Assembly (NCBI GenBank): GCA_002721445.1
Contig: PBKN01000009.1
Span: 16,242 to 80,241 of the forward strand
Length of the DNA stretch: 64,000 nt
Source of the DNA: Chloroflexota bacterium
Lineage (GTDB): Bacteria; Chloroflexota; Dehalococcoidia; Lucifugimonadales; GCA-002723415
Direction: 5' to 3'
In this document: positions 1-9,265 of the stretch, piece after piece
How positions within the stretch are numbered: position 1 is the stretch's first letter
How the letters are laid out: the number at the start of each line of letters is the position of its first letter
Program-made: the position numbers and the translations under genes
The notes under the pieces: generated by a model
Databases searched by the model: none
What the model saw: only the letters and a program-made list of their open reading frames with translations
Told to the model about the DNA's origin: nothing

Positions 1-1
1 A

Positions 2-421
2 CCTATAATATTAGCTGCTGCTATGATAGTACCTAGATATATATCATCAAATAAAACATCTTATATATTAGTAGACAACTATATTATAGTAGATCAGGGT
101 GCTGGAAGAAGAATAGATATCCCAATAAGTGATATAGATTTTGTTACTTTAAAATATGGAATGTTTGGAAGAACATTAGGCTATGCAACTTTTCTTTTAA
201 ACTTAAAAGTATCTACTCAACAAGATATTGTAGATGAAATCAATTCTATCCTACCAATCCAATATGTTCCTCAAACTAAATTTAAAGATCTAGAGTTACA
301 TATTACTAAATTTTCAAAGAACTCTCCTTATATATTTAACCAAGCTGAAAGTAAGAAAACTAATAAAATTATTGATAGTAATAGTAATATTATAGAAGAT
401 GATATCCAAGAAGATAATTAA
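2..421 (+). CDS. membrane-anchored bacterial PH-domain (bPH_2/DUF304-like) protein, 5' partial
   Basis: The frame of ORF 23..421 stays open to the window edge (PIILAAA-MIVPR...). A hydrophobic segment is followed by YILVDNYIIVDQGAGRRIDIPISDIDFV...GRTLGYATF, typical of YdbS/YdbT-type PH domains. Confidence 0.4.
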   Translation, partial: PIILAAAMIVPRYISSNKTSYILVDNYIIVDQGAGRRIDIPISDIDFVTLKYGMFGRTLGYATFLLNLKVSTQQDIVDEINSILPIQYVPQTKFKDLELHITKFSKNSPYIFNQAESKKTNKIIDSNSNIIEDDIQEDN

Positions 422-422
422 T

Positions 423-740
423 ATGCCTAAAGTAAATATAATCCCAATAATACTAAAACCTGAACATAGGACTAAAGCAATTAATGAATTAATCGCTCAT
501 GCTAAAAAAACTAAATCTACAGAACCTGGTTGTTTACGTTTTGATATTATACAAGACTCATCAGATTTAAATAGAATATGGTTATATGAAGTTTATAAAG
601 ATGAAAAAGCAGTATTAAAACACAATAACACAGAATACATGGAACAACGTAATAATTCTGATATTTGGAATTGGAGAGAAACTACAAATAATAAACCTTG
701 CAAAGGTTATAATATATGGCCTAGTGATGAAGATTACTAA
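423..740 (+). CDS. antibiotic-biosynthesis-monooxygenase (ABM, ferredoxin-like fold) family protein
   Basis: Small protein of about 105 aa. LRFDIIQD...IWLYEVYKDEKAVLKHNNTEYM resembles the ABM/YgiN family. The internal ATG at 423 avoids a long overlap with the upstream gene. Confidence 0.55.
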   Translation: MPKVNIIPIILKPEHRTKAINELIAHAKKTKSTEPGCLRFDIIQDSSDLNRIWLYEVYKDEKAVLKHNNTEYMEQRNNSDIWNWRETTNNKPCKGYNIWPSDEDY

Positions 741-758
741 TCATTAAAGAGGATTCAT

Positions 759-1304
759 ATGAACGACATTCAAGAAACAGCTATATTAGCTGCAGGTTGT
801 TTTTGGTGTATAGAACCAATATTTCAACAAATAAATGGAGTTGATAAAGTAATATCTGGTTACACAGGTGGAGATATTAAAGATCCATCGTATGAATTAG
901 TGTGTTCAGGTACTAGTGGGCACACTGAAGCTATCAAAATATGGTTTGATAAAAACCAAGTAACTTACGAACAACTTTTACTTTTGTTTTTCTCTATACA
1001 TGATCCAACTACTCTAAATAGACAAGGACCTGATATTGGAACTCAATATAGATCAGGAATATTTTATAACTCCAATGAACAAAAATTAGAAGCAACAAAT
1101 ATGATAAATATATTAACTGAAAATAATATATGGAACAGTCCAATAGTAACTGAAATAACAGAATATAAAAATTTTTATCAAGCTGAAGAATATCATCAAA
1201 ATTTTTATATTAAAAATCCTGAATCTCAATATTGTAAATTAATGATAGAACCAAAAATTACAAAGATTAAACAAAAATTCCCTCAATTACTTAAAATCTT
1301 ATAA
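759..1304 (+). CDS. msrA: peptide-methionine (S)-S-oxide reductase
   Basis: GCFWC active-site motif, then YTGG...PSYE.VCSG.TGH.E and EYHQNF. SD AGAGGA lies upstream. Confidence 0.9.
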   Translation: MNDIQETAILAAGCFWCIEPIFQQINGVDKVISGYTGGDIKDPSYELVCSGTSGHTEAIKIWFDKNQVTYEQLLLLFFSIHDPTTLNRQGPDIGTQYRSGIFYNSNEQKLEATNMINILTENNIWNSPIVTEITEYKNFYQAEEYHQNFYIKNPESQYCKLMIEPKITKIKQKFPQLLKIL

Positions 1305-1322
1305 TTATATAGGAAGATTGAA

Positions 1323-2450
1323 ATGATTATAGGTATTCCTAAAGAATCAAAAAATAATGAAAATAGAGTATCACTTACTCCTGACAAAGTTGAAATATTA
1401 ACGAAGAATAATCATAAAGTATTAATTCAACAAAATGCTGGAATAAATTCTGGATTTACTGATAAGGAATACACTGATGCAGGTGCATCTATATCAACTA
1501 CTGCTGAAAAGGTTTTTCTTAAATCGAACTTGATTGTTAAAGTAAAAGAACCTCAAATTGATGAATATAAATATCTTAATAAAAATACAATTATTTTTTG
1601 TTATTTACATTTAGCTTCAAATCTAGAATTAACAACTCAATTAATTTCAAAAAATGTCACATCAATTGCATATGAAACCATTTCAAACCCTAATGGAAAA
1701 TTAAATTTACTGTATCCAATGAGTGAAATCGCAGGCAAAATGGCTGCTCATAATGCAGCCCAATTGTTAACTAACAAATATGGTGGACCTGGTAAATTAT
1801 TAGGTGGAGTTATTGGCACACTTAAAGCTAAAGTACTTATTATAGGTTGTGGAACTGTAGGAACAAATGCTGCATTATTAGCAAATAATATGGGTGCAGA
1901 TGTAACTGTAAGTGATATAAATTTAAATGCTTTAAATAAAATACAAGAACTATCAAATGGTCAAATAAAAACTATTTATTCTTCACCAGCAAATATAAAG
2001 GAAGTTATTATTTCATCTGATGTCGTTATTGGAGCTGTACTAATACCAGGCTACAAAGCACCAAAAGTAATAACACTAGATATGATTAAAAAAATGAAAA
2101 AAAACAGTGTAATAATTGACGTTGCAATTGACCAAGGTGGATGTGTTGAAGAAATTAAACCAACAACTCACGAAAATCCTACTTATTTATCTAATGGAAT
2201 AATACATTATGCAGTAACAAATATTCCTGGCATAGTAGGAAATACAGCAAGTATATCACTATCAAATAATACTTTCCCATATGTACGAGATATTGCTGAT
2301 TTAGGTTTAAAAAAATTATTAAGAAATAAAAGTTTCATTAACAGTAACGGTGTTAACACACATGATGGTTTTATTACGAATAAAGAAGTAGCTTTAAGCT
2401 TAAATAAAAAATATACACCTATTAATTATGTATTAGAAAATAATTTTTAA
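1323..2450 (+). CDS. ald: alanine dehydrogenase
   Basis: N-terminus MIIGIPKE.K..E.RV.LTP, Rossmann motif IIGCGTVGTNAA, VDVAIDQGG. Length 375 aa. Confidence 0.85.
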   Translation: MIIGIPKESKNNENRVSLTPDKVEILTKNNHKVLIQQNAGINSGFTDKEYTDAGASISTTAEKVFLKSNLIVKVKEPQIDEYKYLNKNTIIFCYLHLASNLELTTQLISKNVTSIAYETISNPNGKLNLLYPMSEIAGKMAAHNAAQLLTNKYGGPGKLLGGVIGTLKAKVLIIGCGTVGTNAALLANNMGADVTVSDINLNALNKIQELSNGQIKTIYSSPANIKEVIISSDVVIGAVLIPGYKAPKVITLDMIKKMKKNSVIIDVAIDQGGCVEEIKPTTHENPTYLSNGIIHYAVTNIPGIVGNTASISLSNNTFPYVRDIADLGLKKLLRNKSFINSNGVNTHDGFITNKEVALSLNKKYTPINYVLENNF

Positions 2451-2461
2451 TTTAAGCTTCA

Positions 2462-3817
2462 TTAATTCTTAATTAACTTAATTACCATATACCCAAACAG
2501 TGCTGAAAAAATAGATGCAATAAAAATTGCAATTTTAGATGTAGCTATAAATGTTTGCGAATCGAAGGCAAGTCCATTAACAAATATTGACATTGTAAAG
2601 CCTACACCTCCTAAAAAGCCCACACCTAATATATGGGTCCATTTAAGATCGCTTGGTATACTTGCTATCCCAATTTTACATGCAAAAAAACTGAATAAAA
2701 ATATACCAATAGGTTTTCCTACAAATAACCCTAAAATAATCCCAATTGCTAATGAATTATTAAAAATATTATTAATGCTAGAATCTATTATTACTCCAGA
2801 ATTTGAAATTGCAAATAATGGTAATACGACAAAAGTAACAAAATGATGCAAGTTGTTTTCCATGCGCTGTAACGGTGATTCAACTTTTTTAGTATATTTA
2901 ACTAATTCTTCTAATGTAGAACTTTGTTTTTCAGTAGTCAAACCAAGATCTCCTCTGGATTGATGAAAATTATTTTCATTTTTAAAATTTTTTAACAATT
3001 CAGTACCTTTGTCAAAAAATTGTTTTGGGTTGATTTTCACTTTAAGAGGAATAACCATAGCTAATGTAATACCAGCTATAGTTGCATGTATACCAGATTT
3101 CAAGAAAAATACCCACATTAAACAACCAACAATTGTATATATTAAAGGATTTCTTAATCCTAAATAATTAGCAATAATTACACCTGAAACTAATAAAAAT
3201 GAAATAAATAAATTAGTTAACATTAAGTCATTGGAATAAAAAATTGCTATTATAAGTACTGCGCCTATATCATCAGCTATAGCTAATGCAGTAAGAAAAA
3301 TTTTCAAACTTATCGGAACTCTTTTACCAAGTAGGGATAAAACCCCCAAAGCAAAAGCAATATCTGTCGCAACAGGAATTCCCCAACCAACAAAAGTATC
3401 AGAATTTAAATTTAAAGAAATAAAAATCCCTGCAGGTACAATCATTCCTCCTGCAGCAGCCATTACTGGAAAGGCGGCTTTTTTAATGCTCGACAACTCA
3501 CCTAAAACAACAGATCTTTTAATTTCTAAACCTACAAGGAAAAAAAATATTGCCATTAATGCATCATTTATCCAAAAATGGAAAGTATCGCTAATAGAAT
3601 AATTTCCAATACCAATAGTGAGTTTTGTGTGCCAAAAGTCATCATAAGAATCATAACTAATAAAATTCGCCCATAAAATTGCTATTAATGCAGATAAAAA
3701 TAAAATTATCCCGCCAGCAGCTTTTTCAGAAGCAAATCTTTGAAATGGATTAACAATTCTGTCTATAGGGGTAGGTTCATTTTTTAAAAAATGTTTAGTT
3801 GATTCAAAAATTTGCAT
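2462..3817 (-). CDS. nhaA: Na+/H+ antiporter NhaA
   Basis: Polytopic membrane protein with the NhaA signature LAIADDIGAVLIIAIFY and WINDALMAIFFFLVGLEIKR. Confidence 0.85.
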   Translation of the reverse strand: MQIFESTKHFLKNEPTPIDRIVNPFQRFASEKAAGGIILFLSALIAILWANFISYDSYDDFWHTKLTIGIGNYSISDTFHFWINDALMAIFFFLVGLEIKRSVVLGELSSIKKAAFPVMAAAGGMIVPAGIFISLNLNSDTFVGWGIPVATDIAFALGVLSLLGKRVPISLKIFLTALAIADDIGAVLIIAIFYSNDLMLTNLFISFLLVSGVIIANYLGLRNPLIYTIVGCLMWVFFLKSGIHATIAGITLAMVIPLKVKINPKQFFDKGTELLKNFKNENNFHQSRGDLGLTTEKQSSTLEELVKYTKKVESPLQRMENNLHHFVTFVVLPLFAISNSGVIIDSSINNIFNNSLAIGIILGLFVGKPIGIFLFSFFACKIGIASIPSDLKWTHILGVGFLGGVGFTMSIFVNGLAFDSQTFIATSKIAIFIASIFSALFGYMVIKLIKN

Positions 3818-3843
3818 TACATTTAATTTCTAAATAAATTTAC

Positions 3844-4611
3844 TTATTCATCATATATATTATTTAAAATACTTAAAGTTTCTCTTTTATCACAATCTAA
3901 ATTTGGAGGTGCTTTTTCAACTTTAAAACTATTTAAAATTTTATTAATTTTATTTAAATTAATCTCATTACCTTCTTCACTACTAAGACTCCCTGTAAAC
4001 ATAAATGGTAAAGATCCACACCAACCATTTTCTGAAGGATTAATTAAAATATACAATATTTGTAACAATGGAACTTCGGTATGATAAATTTCAATTCTAT
4101 ATCCATAAGTTCCATCTTCGAATTTAACTTCATTTTGTATAATATTTTGGTTAGCACTAGATTCAGATTCAAAAAGATATTCTCTTAATTTTTCAACTTC
4201 CTTATTTGCATATTCATTTACATCAATTAATTGAGGTTTATCTTCATATAATTCAGTAAATTCTAAAGTTACAAAAATATTATCCCCTGATGCTTCATCA
4301 ATTGCAAATAAGACAGGAGCAATACTACTTTCCATACTTAATGAATCTTTAAAAACTTCAAAGAGCTGAGCCATTGATGTAACTACTTTCCATGTATCAG
4401 GAAAATTAAGAGAAAAACTATTACTTTCATCTGTATAATTAATAAGTGTTAAATCTTCTTCAATGTCTAAGCGATCTAAATTATTATTAACTATTTCATC
4501 TGAAATATCATTATCTAAATCTTTAGATTTTGAATCTATTTCTTTAGAATCACAGGAGATAGAAAAAATAGTAACAATTAAAAATACTAAAATACTTAAT
4601 TTAAATTTCAT
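3844..4611 (-). CDS. hypothetical lipoprotein
   Basis: Signal peptide ending in the lipobox-like FSISC. Acidic soluble domain with no recognised motif. Confidence 0.5.
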   Translation of the reverse strand: MKFKLSILVFLIVTIFSISCDSKEIDSKSKDLDNDISDEIVNNNLDRLDIEEDLTLINYTDESNSFSLNFPDTWKVVTSMAQLFEVFKDSLSMESSIAPVLFAIDEASGDNIFVTLEFTELYEDKPQLIDVNEYANKEVEKLREYLFESESSANQNIIQNEVKFEDGTYGYRIEIYHTEVPLLQILYILINPSENGWCGSLPFMFTGSLSSEEGNEINLNKINKILNSFKVEKAPPNLDCDKRETLSILNNIYDE

Positions 4612-4703
4612 ATATTAATTATAGCATTATGAAAACTTGATATATATATTAATTGTTAAATTTATTTATACATAACACTATGTAGTATAATAATTTTTAT
4701 ACT

Positions 4704-5159
4704 ATGAAAAAAATACTAAACATAAAAACCACTTATATACTTATATTAAGTATTTTATCTATTTTAATTATTATAAATTGCGATATAAATTCTTCTGAAA
4801 CTCTTGAAGAGCGTGCAAATAAATTAGCTGAATTCGACTCAGAAGGTAAATGGAGTAAATCATATGACTTTTATTCGCCTGAATTCAAAAATATATGTAA
4901 CAGAAACGCTTTCTCTTTAATCATGGGTGAAACTGTATTATTTATGGAAGGTGAATTCTTATTCAACTGGAAATCGATTAGCTTTAGAGTTACTGATATT
5001 CAAAGTAATAAGAATGAAGGTTATGTTACTCAGGAAATGTTGTTAAATGGAGAACCTTTTGGTAATTTAGGTGCACAAAAAATTAAATGGATATACAAAG
5101 ATAACAATTGGTGGTTAGTACCTCAAAAGGAATTAACCACCGATTGTTCAATGAGATAA
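4704..5159 (+). CDS. hypothetical secreted protein or lipoprotein
   Basis: N-terminal signal peptide with IIINC. No recognised family. Confidence 0.5.
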   Translation: MKKILNIKTTYILILSILSILIIINCDINSSETLEERANKLAEFDSEGKWSKSYDFYSPEFKNICNRNAFSLIMGETVLFMEGEFLFNWKSISFRVTDIQSNKNEGYVTQEMLLNGEPFGNLGAQKIKWIYKDNNWWLVPQKELTTDCSMR

Positions 5160-5170
5160 ATTGTAAGTAA

Positions 5171-5806
5171 TCATAGATTTGGCTGAGGTGTAAACCTAAG
5201 GTAAGGCCTCACTTCAGTATATCCTTTAGGGTATTTAACAGGTATATCTTCTACAGCTACCGTAGGAGGGATAACGCAATCTTCTCCACTCTTCCAATCT
5301 ACAGGAGTTGAAACTTGAAAACTACTAGTCAATTGCAAAGAATCTAATACTCTTAAAACTTCAGTAAAATTCCTACCAGTTGATGGAGGGTATGTAAAAC
5401 TAAGTTTAATTTTTTTATCTGGACCAATAACAAACAAAGTTCTAACGGTAGTTTTATTATCAGCATTGGGATGAATCATATCATATAATTTAGCAATTTC
5501 ACCTTCAGGGTCAGCTATCAAAGGGAAACCTAAATTAGTTTTCTGTGTATCATTTATATCATCAATCCATTTTTTATGTGAATCAATAGGATCAACACTA
5601 ACTGCAATAATTTTCGTGTTTCTATTAGTAAATTCATGCTCTATAGAAGCAACACGTCCAAGTTCAGTAGTACAAACAGGAGTAAAATCTGCAGGATGCG
5701 ACATTAAAACAGCCCAACCATCTCCAATCCATTCATGAAAATTTATAGATCCATTTGTTGTATTTACTTGAAAATCAGGTGCCTCGTCGCCAAGTCGTAA
5801 AGACAT
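5171..5806 (-). CDS. 1-Cys peroxiredoxin (Prx6-type)
   Basis: PADFTPVCTTELG peroxidatic-Cys motif, 211 aa. Ends with a TGA stop at 5171..5173. Confidence 0.85.
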   Translation of the reverse strand: MSLRLGDEAPDFQVNTTNGSINFHEWIGDGWAVLMSHPADFTPVCTTELGRVASIEHEFTNRNTKIIAVSVDPIDSHKKWIDDINDTQKTNLGFPLIADPEGEIAKLYDMIHPNADNKTTVRTLFVIGPDKKIKLSFTYPPSTGRNFTEVLRVLDSLQLTSSFQVSTPVDWKSGEDCVIPPTVAVEDIPVKYPKGYTEVRPYLRFTPQPNL

Positions 5807-5924
5807 AATAACCTCTCTTAATATTATTAAATAAATTTAGTAAATAAAAATATTTATAACTACAGATGAAATAGGTCGTCTTTATATCTTGTTTTCATTA
5901 ATTATTAAACCTCTATGAAATATT

Positions 5925-6167
5925 TTATTCAACATCACTTTTCTTTGTCAATTCAACATCGCTTTTCTTTTTCAATATTGAAATAACTAGCCAAATAAAA
6001 TAAATAGCTATCAAAACACTAAAATAAACGGAAAATAAAACACTCATAATGTATATTTGTTTATCTTTAATAAATGTATCTTGATTAAGTAGATAATTTG
6101 AGAAATATAAACTTATTATCCATCCAATAAATGCAATTACTGCTAATCGTATTCGTGGTTTTCTCAT
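5925..6167 (-). CDS. small hypothetical membrane protein
   Basis: Two predicted TM helices. C-terminal duplicated KKSDVE(L) encoded by an imperfect 19-nt direct repeat. Confidence 0.35.
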   Translation of the reverse strand: MRKPRIRLAVIAFIGWIISLYFSNYLLNQDTFIKDKQIYIMSVLFSVYFSVLIAIYFIWLVISILKKKSDVELTKKSDVE

Positions 6168-6375
6168 AATAATCCTCTATTGTATATATTATAAATTAGT
6201 ATATAAAATTTTTTAATACTTAGTATAATATAACCAAATTTTTATTAATAAAGGAAATCAAATTAATCCTCAATTTGCAACTAAATCACAATTATTTAAA
6301 TTATTTGAATCAATTAGTAATAATTGTATTAAATCTTTATATATTTCACCAAAAGATTTAGAAACTAAAAACGAT

Positions 6376-6984
6376 GTGATTTCTAATTTATCTGAAAAAC
6401 AAATTAATTTTATAAATAAAATCGCCTATTCTGAAACAGGTTTATCTGTTTTTGAAACTACAGATAAGACATATACCATAATACCCCCATTTCCTATTTT
6501 GAATTCATCTTTTAACAATCATGATAAATTTAAAATTTTAAAAGATACATTAAACCAAAAATATATTATTGGAGTTGTTTTATTAAGACTCGGTAGGTAT
6601 GCAATATGTATATTAAAAGGCGAAGAACTATTACATACTAAAACTAAAGACAGATATGTGAAAAACAGACACAAAGCTGGAGGTTCGTCACAAAGAAGAT
6701 TTGAAAGAAGCAGAGAAAGATTAATTAGAGAATTATATGATAAAACATGTGAAATAACTAAGGATATTTTTGAACCTTATGAAAATAAAATTGATTACTT
6801 ATTATTTGGTGGAGAAAAACATACAATAAATGGTCTACATAAAAGGTGCACTTATATAGAAAAATTTAAAAAACAAACTTTAAAGAGATTATTGTCAATT
6901 CAACATGAACCTAACCAAAAAACTTTAGAAAATATTCATAAAGAGGTATGGAAAAGTAAATTATATGAAATTTCTAATATATAA
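6376..6984 (+). CDS. Vms1/ANKZF1-like release-factor-fold (VLRF1-like) protein, putative peptidyl-tRNA hydrolase
   Basis: YIIGVVLLRLGRYAICILKG...HTKTKDRYVKNRHKAGGSSQRRFERSRE parallels the Vms1/ANKZF1 pattern (H)RYTV(R/K)xKxGxxQ with the catalytic Gln loop. The Gln codon is at 6691..6693. The start is uncertain: GTG 6376 has no SD, and the frame is open from 6229 with no ATG/GTG/TTG. Confidence 0.55.
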   Translation: MISNLSEKQINFINKIAYSETGLSVFETTDKTYTIIPPFPILNSSFNNHDKFKILKDTLNQKYIIGVVLLRLGRYAICILKGEELLHTKTKDRYVKNRHKAGGSSQRRFERSRERLIRELYDKTCEITKDIFEPYENKIDYLLFGGEKHTINGLHKRCTYIEKFKKQTLKRLLSIQHEPNQKTLENIHKEVWKSKLYEISNI

Positions 6985-6985
6985 A

Positions 6986-7336
6986 TTAATCTACTGAAGT
7001 TTTTTCCATTTTACTTGTAGGGAATATTGCAATAACTCTTGCATTAGTATTTGAATTATTAATTAAAGCATGCCTAATACCCTTAGGAGCTAAAACAGTT
7101 TCACCTTCAGATACTTTTATCACTTCATCTCCTAAAATCGCATCTAATTCACCTTCGATTACAACCATAGCTTCCTCAGTTTTATGAATATGAGTTTCTA
7201 CAGAACCTCCAGGTGGAAGAGATAAGTCACCTACCCATAATGATTCACTTCCTTTTTGATAATCTAATATAGTCCATCTAACACCACCACCTAATAATTC
7301 AAATTTTTGTGCGTCTTTTTTATTTAATATTGGCAT
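6986..7336 (-). CDS. cupin domain protein
   Basis: 116 aa. G.V.THIH..EEAMVVIEGE...G..H.L.N matches the two-motif cupin pattern. Confidence 0.7.
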   Translation of the reverse strand: MPILNKKDAQKFELLGGGVRWTILDYQKGSESLWVGDLSLPPGGSVETHIHKTEEAMVVIEGELDAILGDEVIKVSEGETVLAPKGIRHALINNSNTNARVIAIFPTSKMEKTSVD

Positions 7337-7443
7337 TTAAACCTCACAATCTTAAGTAAATATACAAACTGAGCAAAATATATAATGATAAATATTGTTA
7401 ATTTAAGTATAATCTTTTTACTAATTGCATTAAAGGAGTATTT

Positions 7444-7803
7444 ATGGGATTGTCTGAAGCAGTTGAATCTGTCTTAATAAAAAACTATTCAAATTTTTCT
7501 GGTAGAGCAAGAAGGTCAGAATATTGGTATTGGATATTATTTTCAATGATAGTTGGACTTATATTATCATTTGCACCTATATTTATTGGACCAATTGGAA
7601 GCATAATACAAGCTATATGGGCGTTAGGCACAATAATTCCAGGTATAGCAATAGGAGTACGCAGACTACATGATATAGACAAATCTGGTTGGTGGCTGTT
7701 TTTATCCCTTGCAATTATTATAGGTTGGATAATATTACTAATTTGGTCTATAAAAGAAGGTACTGATGGTTCAAATAACTATGGAGACGATCCAAAAAAA
7801 TAG
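7444..7803 (+). CDS. DUF805 family inner-membrane protein
   Basis: GRARRSEYWYW followed by TM helices and RRLHDIDKSGWW. SD AAAGGAG lies upstream. Confidence 0.7.
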   Translation: MGLSEAVESVLIKNYSNFSGRARRSEYWYWILFSMIVGLILSFAPIFIGPIGSIIQAIWALGTIIPGIAIGVRRLHDIDKSGWWLFLSLAIIIGWIILLIWSIKEGTDGSNNYGDDPKK

Positions 7804-7813
7804 TTTGCTTATT

Positions 7814-7939
7814 TTATGGATCAGAGCAATCTCTAGTATATCCACAGCTTTGGCAAATTAATTTACATTTAATGTTTATTACTTTTCCAGAGCAAATCTC
7901 GCAAATGTAAATATTTGAATTATAATTGATATTATTCAT
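7814..7939 (-). CDS. 41-aa Cys-rich zinc-ribbon-like small protein (below the ORF-track cutoff)
   Basis: Hand translation: MNNINYNSNIYICEICSGKVINIKCKLICQSCGYTRDCSDP*. It has CxxC-12-CxxC plus 2 extra Cys. It starts 4 nt after the MFS stop on the same strand. This is the only stop-free stretch in an otherwise unexplained gap. Confidence 0.4.
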   Translation of the reverse strand: MNNINYNSNIYICEICSGKVINIKCKLICQSCGYTRDCSDP

Positions 7940-7943
7940 TGGT

Positions 7944-9170
7944 TTACTTAATTAATAAATAATGTTTTATTCTTTGTAGCAAAAATATACCCAAAAAAGA
8001 AACCACAAAAAGCATCGAAAAAGTCAGTTTCCAAAAATCTTCACTTATATCTAAAATAAATCCAAAAACTATAGGACCTAACATACCAAATAAATATCCT
8101 ATAAATGCTTGCATAGCCATTGCAGAACCTAATTTTTTACCGCTAAATTCTGTAATCATAGTAGAATATATTGCAGAATCAGATGATAAGAAAAAGTAAT
8201 ACAAAATAGCAAATAATATTATAAATGTAATATCAAAATTTGCAATCCATCCAACAATTAGTGAACATATTCCACTACAGAGGAAAAGAATCGAAGAAGT
8301 ATTTAACCTGCCAAATCTATCTGATATATAACCTCCAAATACTGGCCCCAGCATACTAAACCCTAATCCAATTCCAGCAATATTAGATGATATTACTACT
8401 GCATTATCAGTACTATACATTCTTGATACAAATATTGAAGTCAAAAAAACTATGAACCATGTTTTTACTGAATAAAGTTCAAAAGTATGAAATGAATAAG
8501 TTAAAATAACATTTCTTAATTTTGAAATTTTTAAAACATTAAAATCTAATAATGCATTATTAGATGAAGATGTATCATTATTAATTTTTATATTTGAAAG
8601 TAATATAAATGCTATTGGTAAACCTGTCGCTGATATAATTGAAACAATTAAATAAGCATTTCTCCATTCAAAATAGTTGAGTAAATTTCCAATTAAAAAT
8701 ATTGAAACGCTCATCGAAGCATAATTAGCTGATACAAATAGCCCAATTGCTGTTCCTCTAATATTTTCTTCGAATTGATCGGAGATAATTCTTATTCCAA
8801 TCATATATATGCCAAGTAACCCAGCACCAGAAAAAAGGAAAATCATCCATGCTAAAATTAAATTAGTAGCAAAAAGAGCAAATACTAAATGAGAAAAAAC
8901 AAACAAAGTACAAGATAGTAAAAATACTTTCCTAGTATCAAATTTATCAGCAAAGGGTAATATGATTAAAGAAGAAAAAGCATAACCTATTAAGTATGCT
9001 GAATATATAGAACCAGATTGAAAATTATTTATCCCCCATTCTTTTTTTATTAAAGGTAAAATAGGCACATAACTAGATAAAGGTGCTAAAATAATAATTT
9101 CAAATATAGAAAAAGCTATTAACCATTTAATTAGTTTTGTAGGTACATTCTTAAATTTAAATATAAACAT
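7944..9170 (-). CDS. MFS transporter
   Basis: About 12 TM helices in a 6+6 architecture with a central loop, 408 aa. Confidence 0.75.
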   Translation of the reverse strand: MFIFKFKNVPTKLIKWLIAFSIFEIIILAPLSSYVPILPLIKKEWGINNFQSGSIYSAYLIGYAFSSLIILPFADKFDTRKVFLLSCTLFVFSHLVFALFATNLILAWMIFLFSGAGLLGIYMIGIRIISDQFEENIRGTAIGLFVSANYASMSVSIFLIGNLLNYFEWRNAYLIVSIISATGLPIAFILLSNIKINNDTSSSNNALLDFNVLKISKLRNVILTYSFHTFELYSVKTWFIVFLTSIFVSRMYSTDNAVVISSNIAGIGLGFSMLGPVFGGYISDRFGRLNTSSILFLCSGICSLIVGWIANFDITFIILFAILYYFFLSSDSAIYSTMITEFSGKKLGSAMAMQAFIGYLFGMLGPIVFGFILDISEDFWKLTFSMLFVVSFLGIFLLQRIKHYLLIK

Positions 9171-9265
9171 AAATAAGTTTTTTAAAATTAATTTTATATA
9201 AACTATTTCATTTTACTTTAAAATTCAAAATCAATATGGCAAATATCCACCAGAAAGGTTTAAAT

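Noticed and set aside
5925-5975. An imperfect 19-nt direct repeat (TTCAACATCACTTTTCTTT / TTCAACATCGCTTTTCTTT) at the 3' end of the 80-aa ORF.
   Set aside because: It is a simple local duplication producing the KKSDVE(L)KKSDVE tail, with only two copies. It is not a repeat array or a mobile-element terminus.
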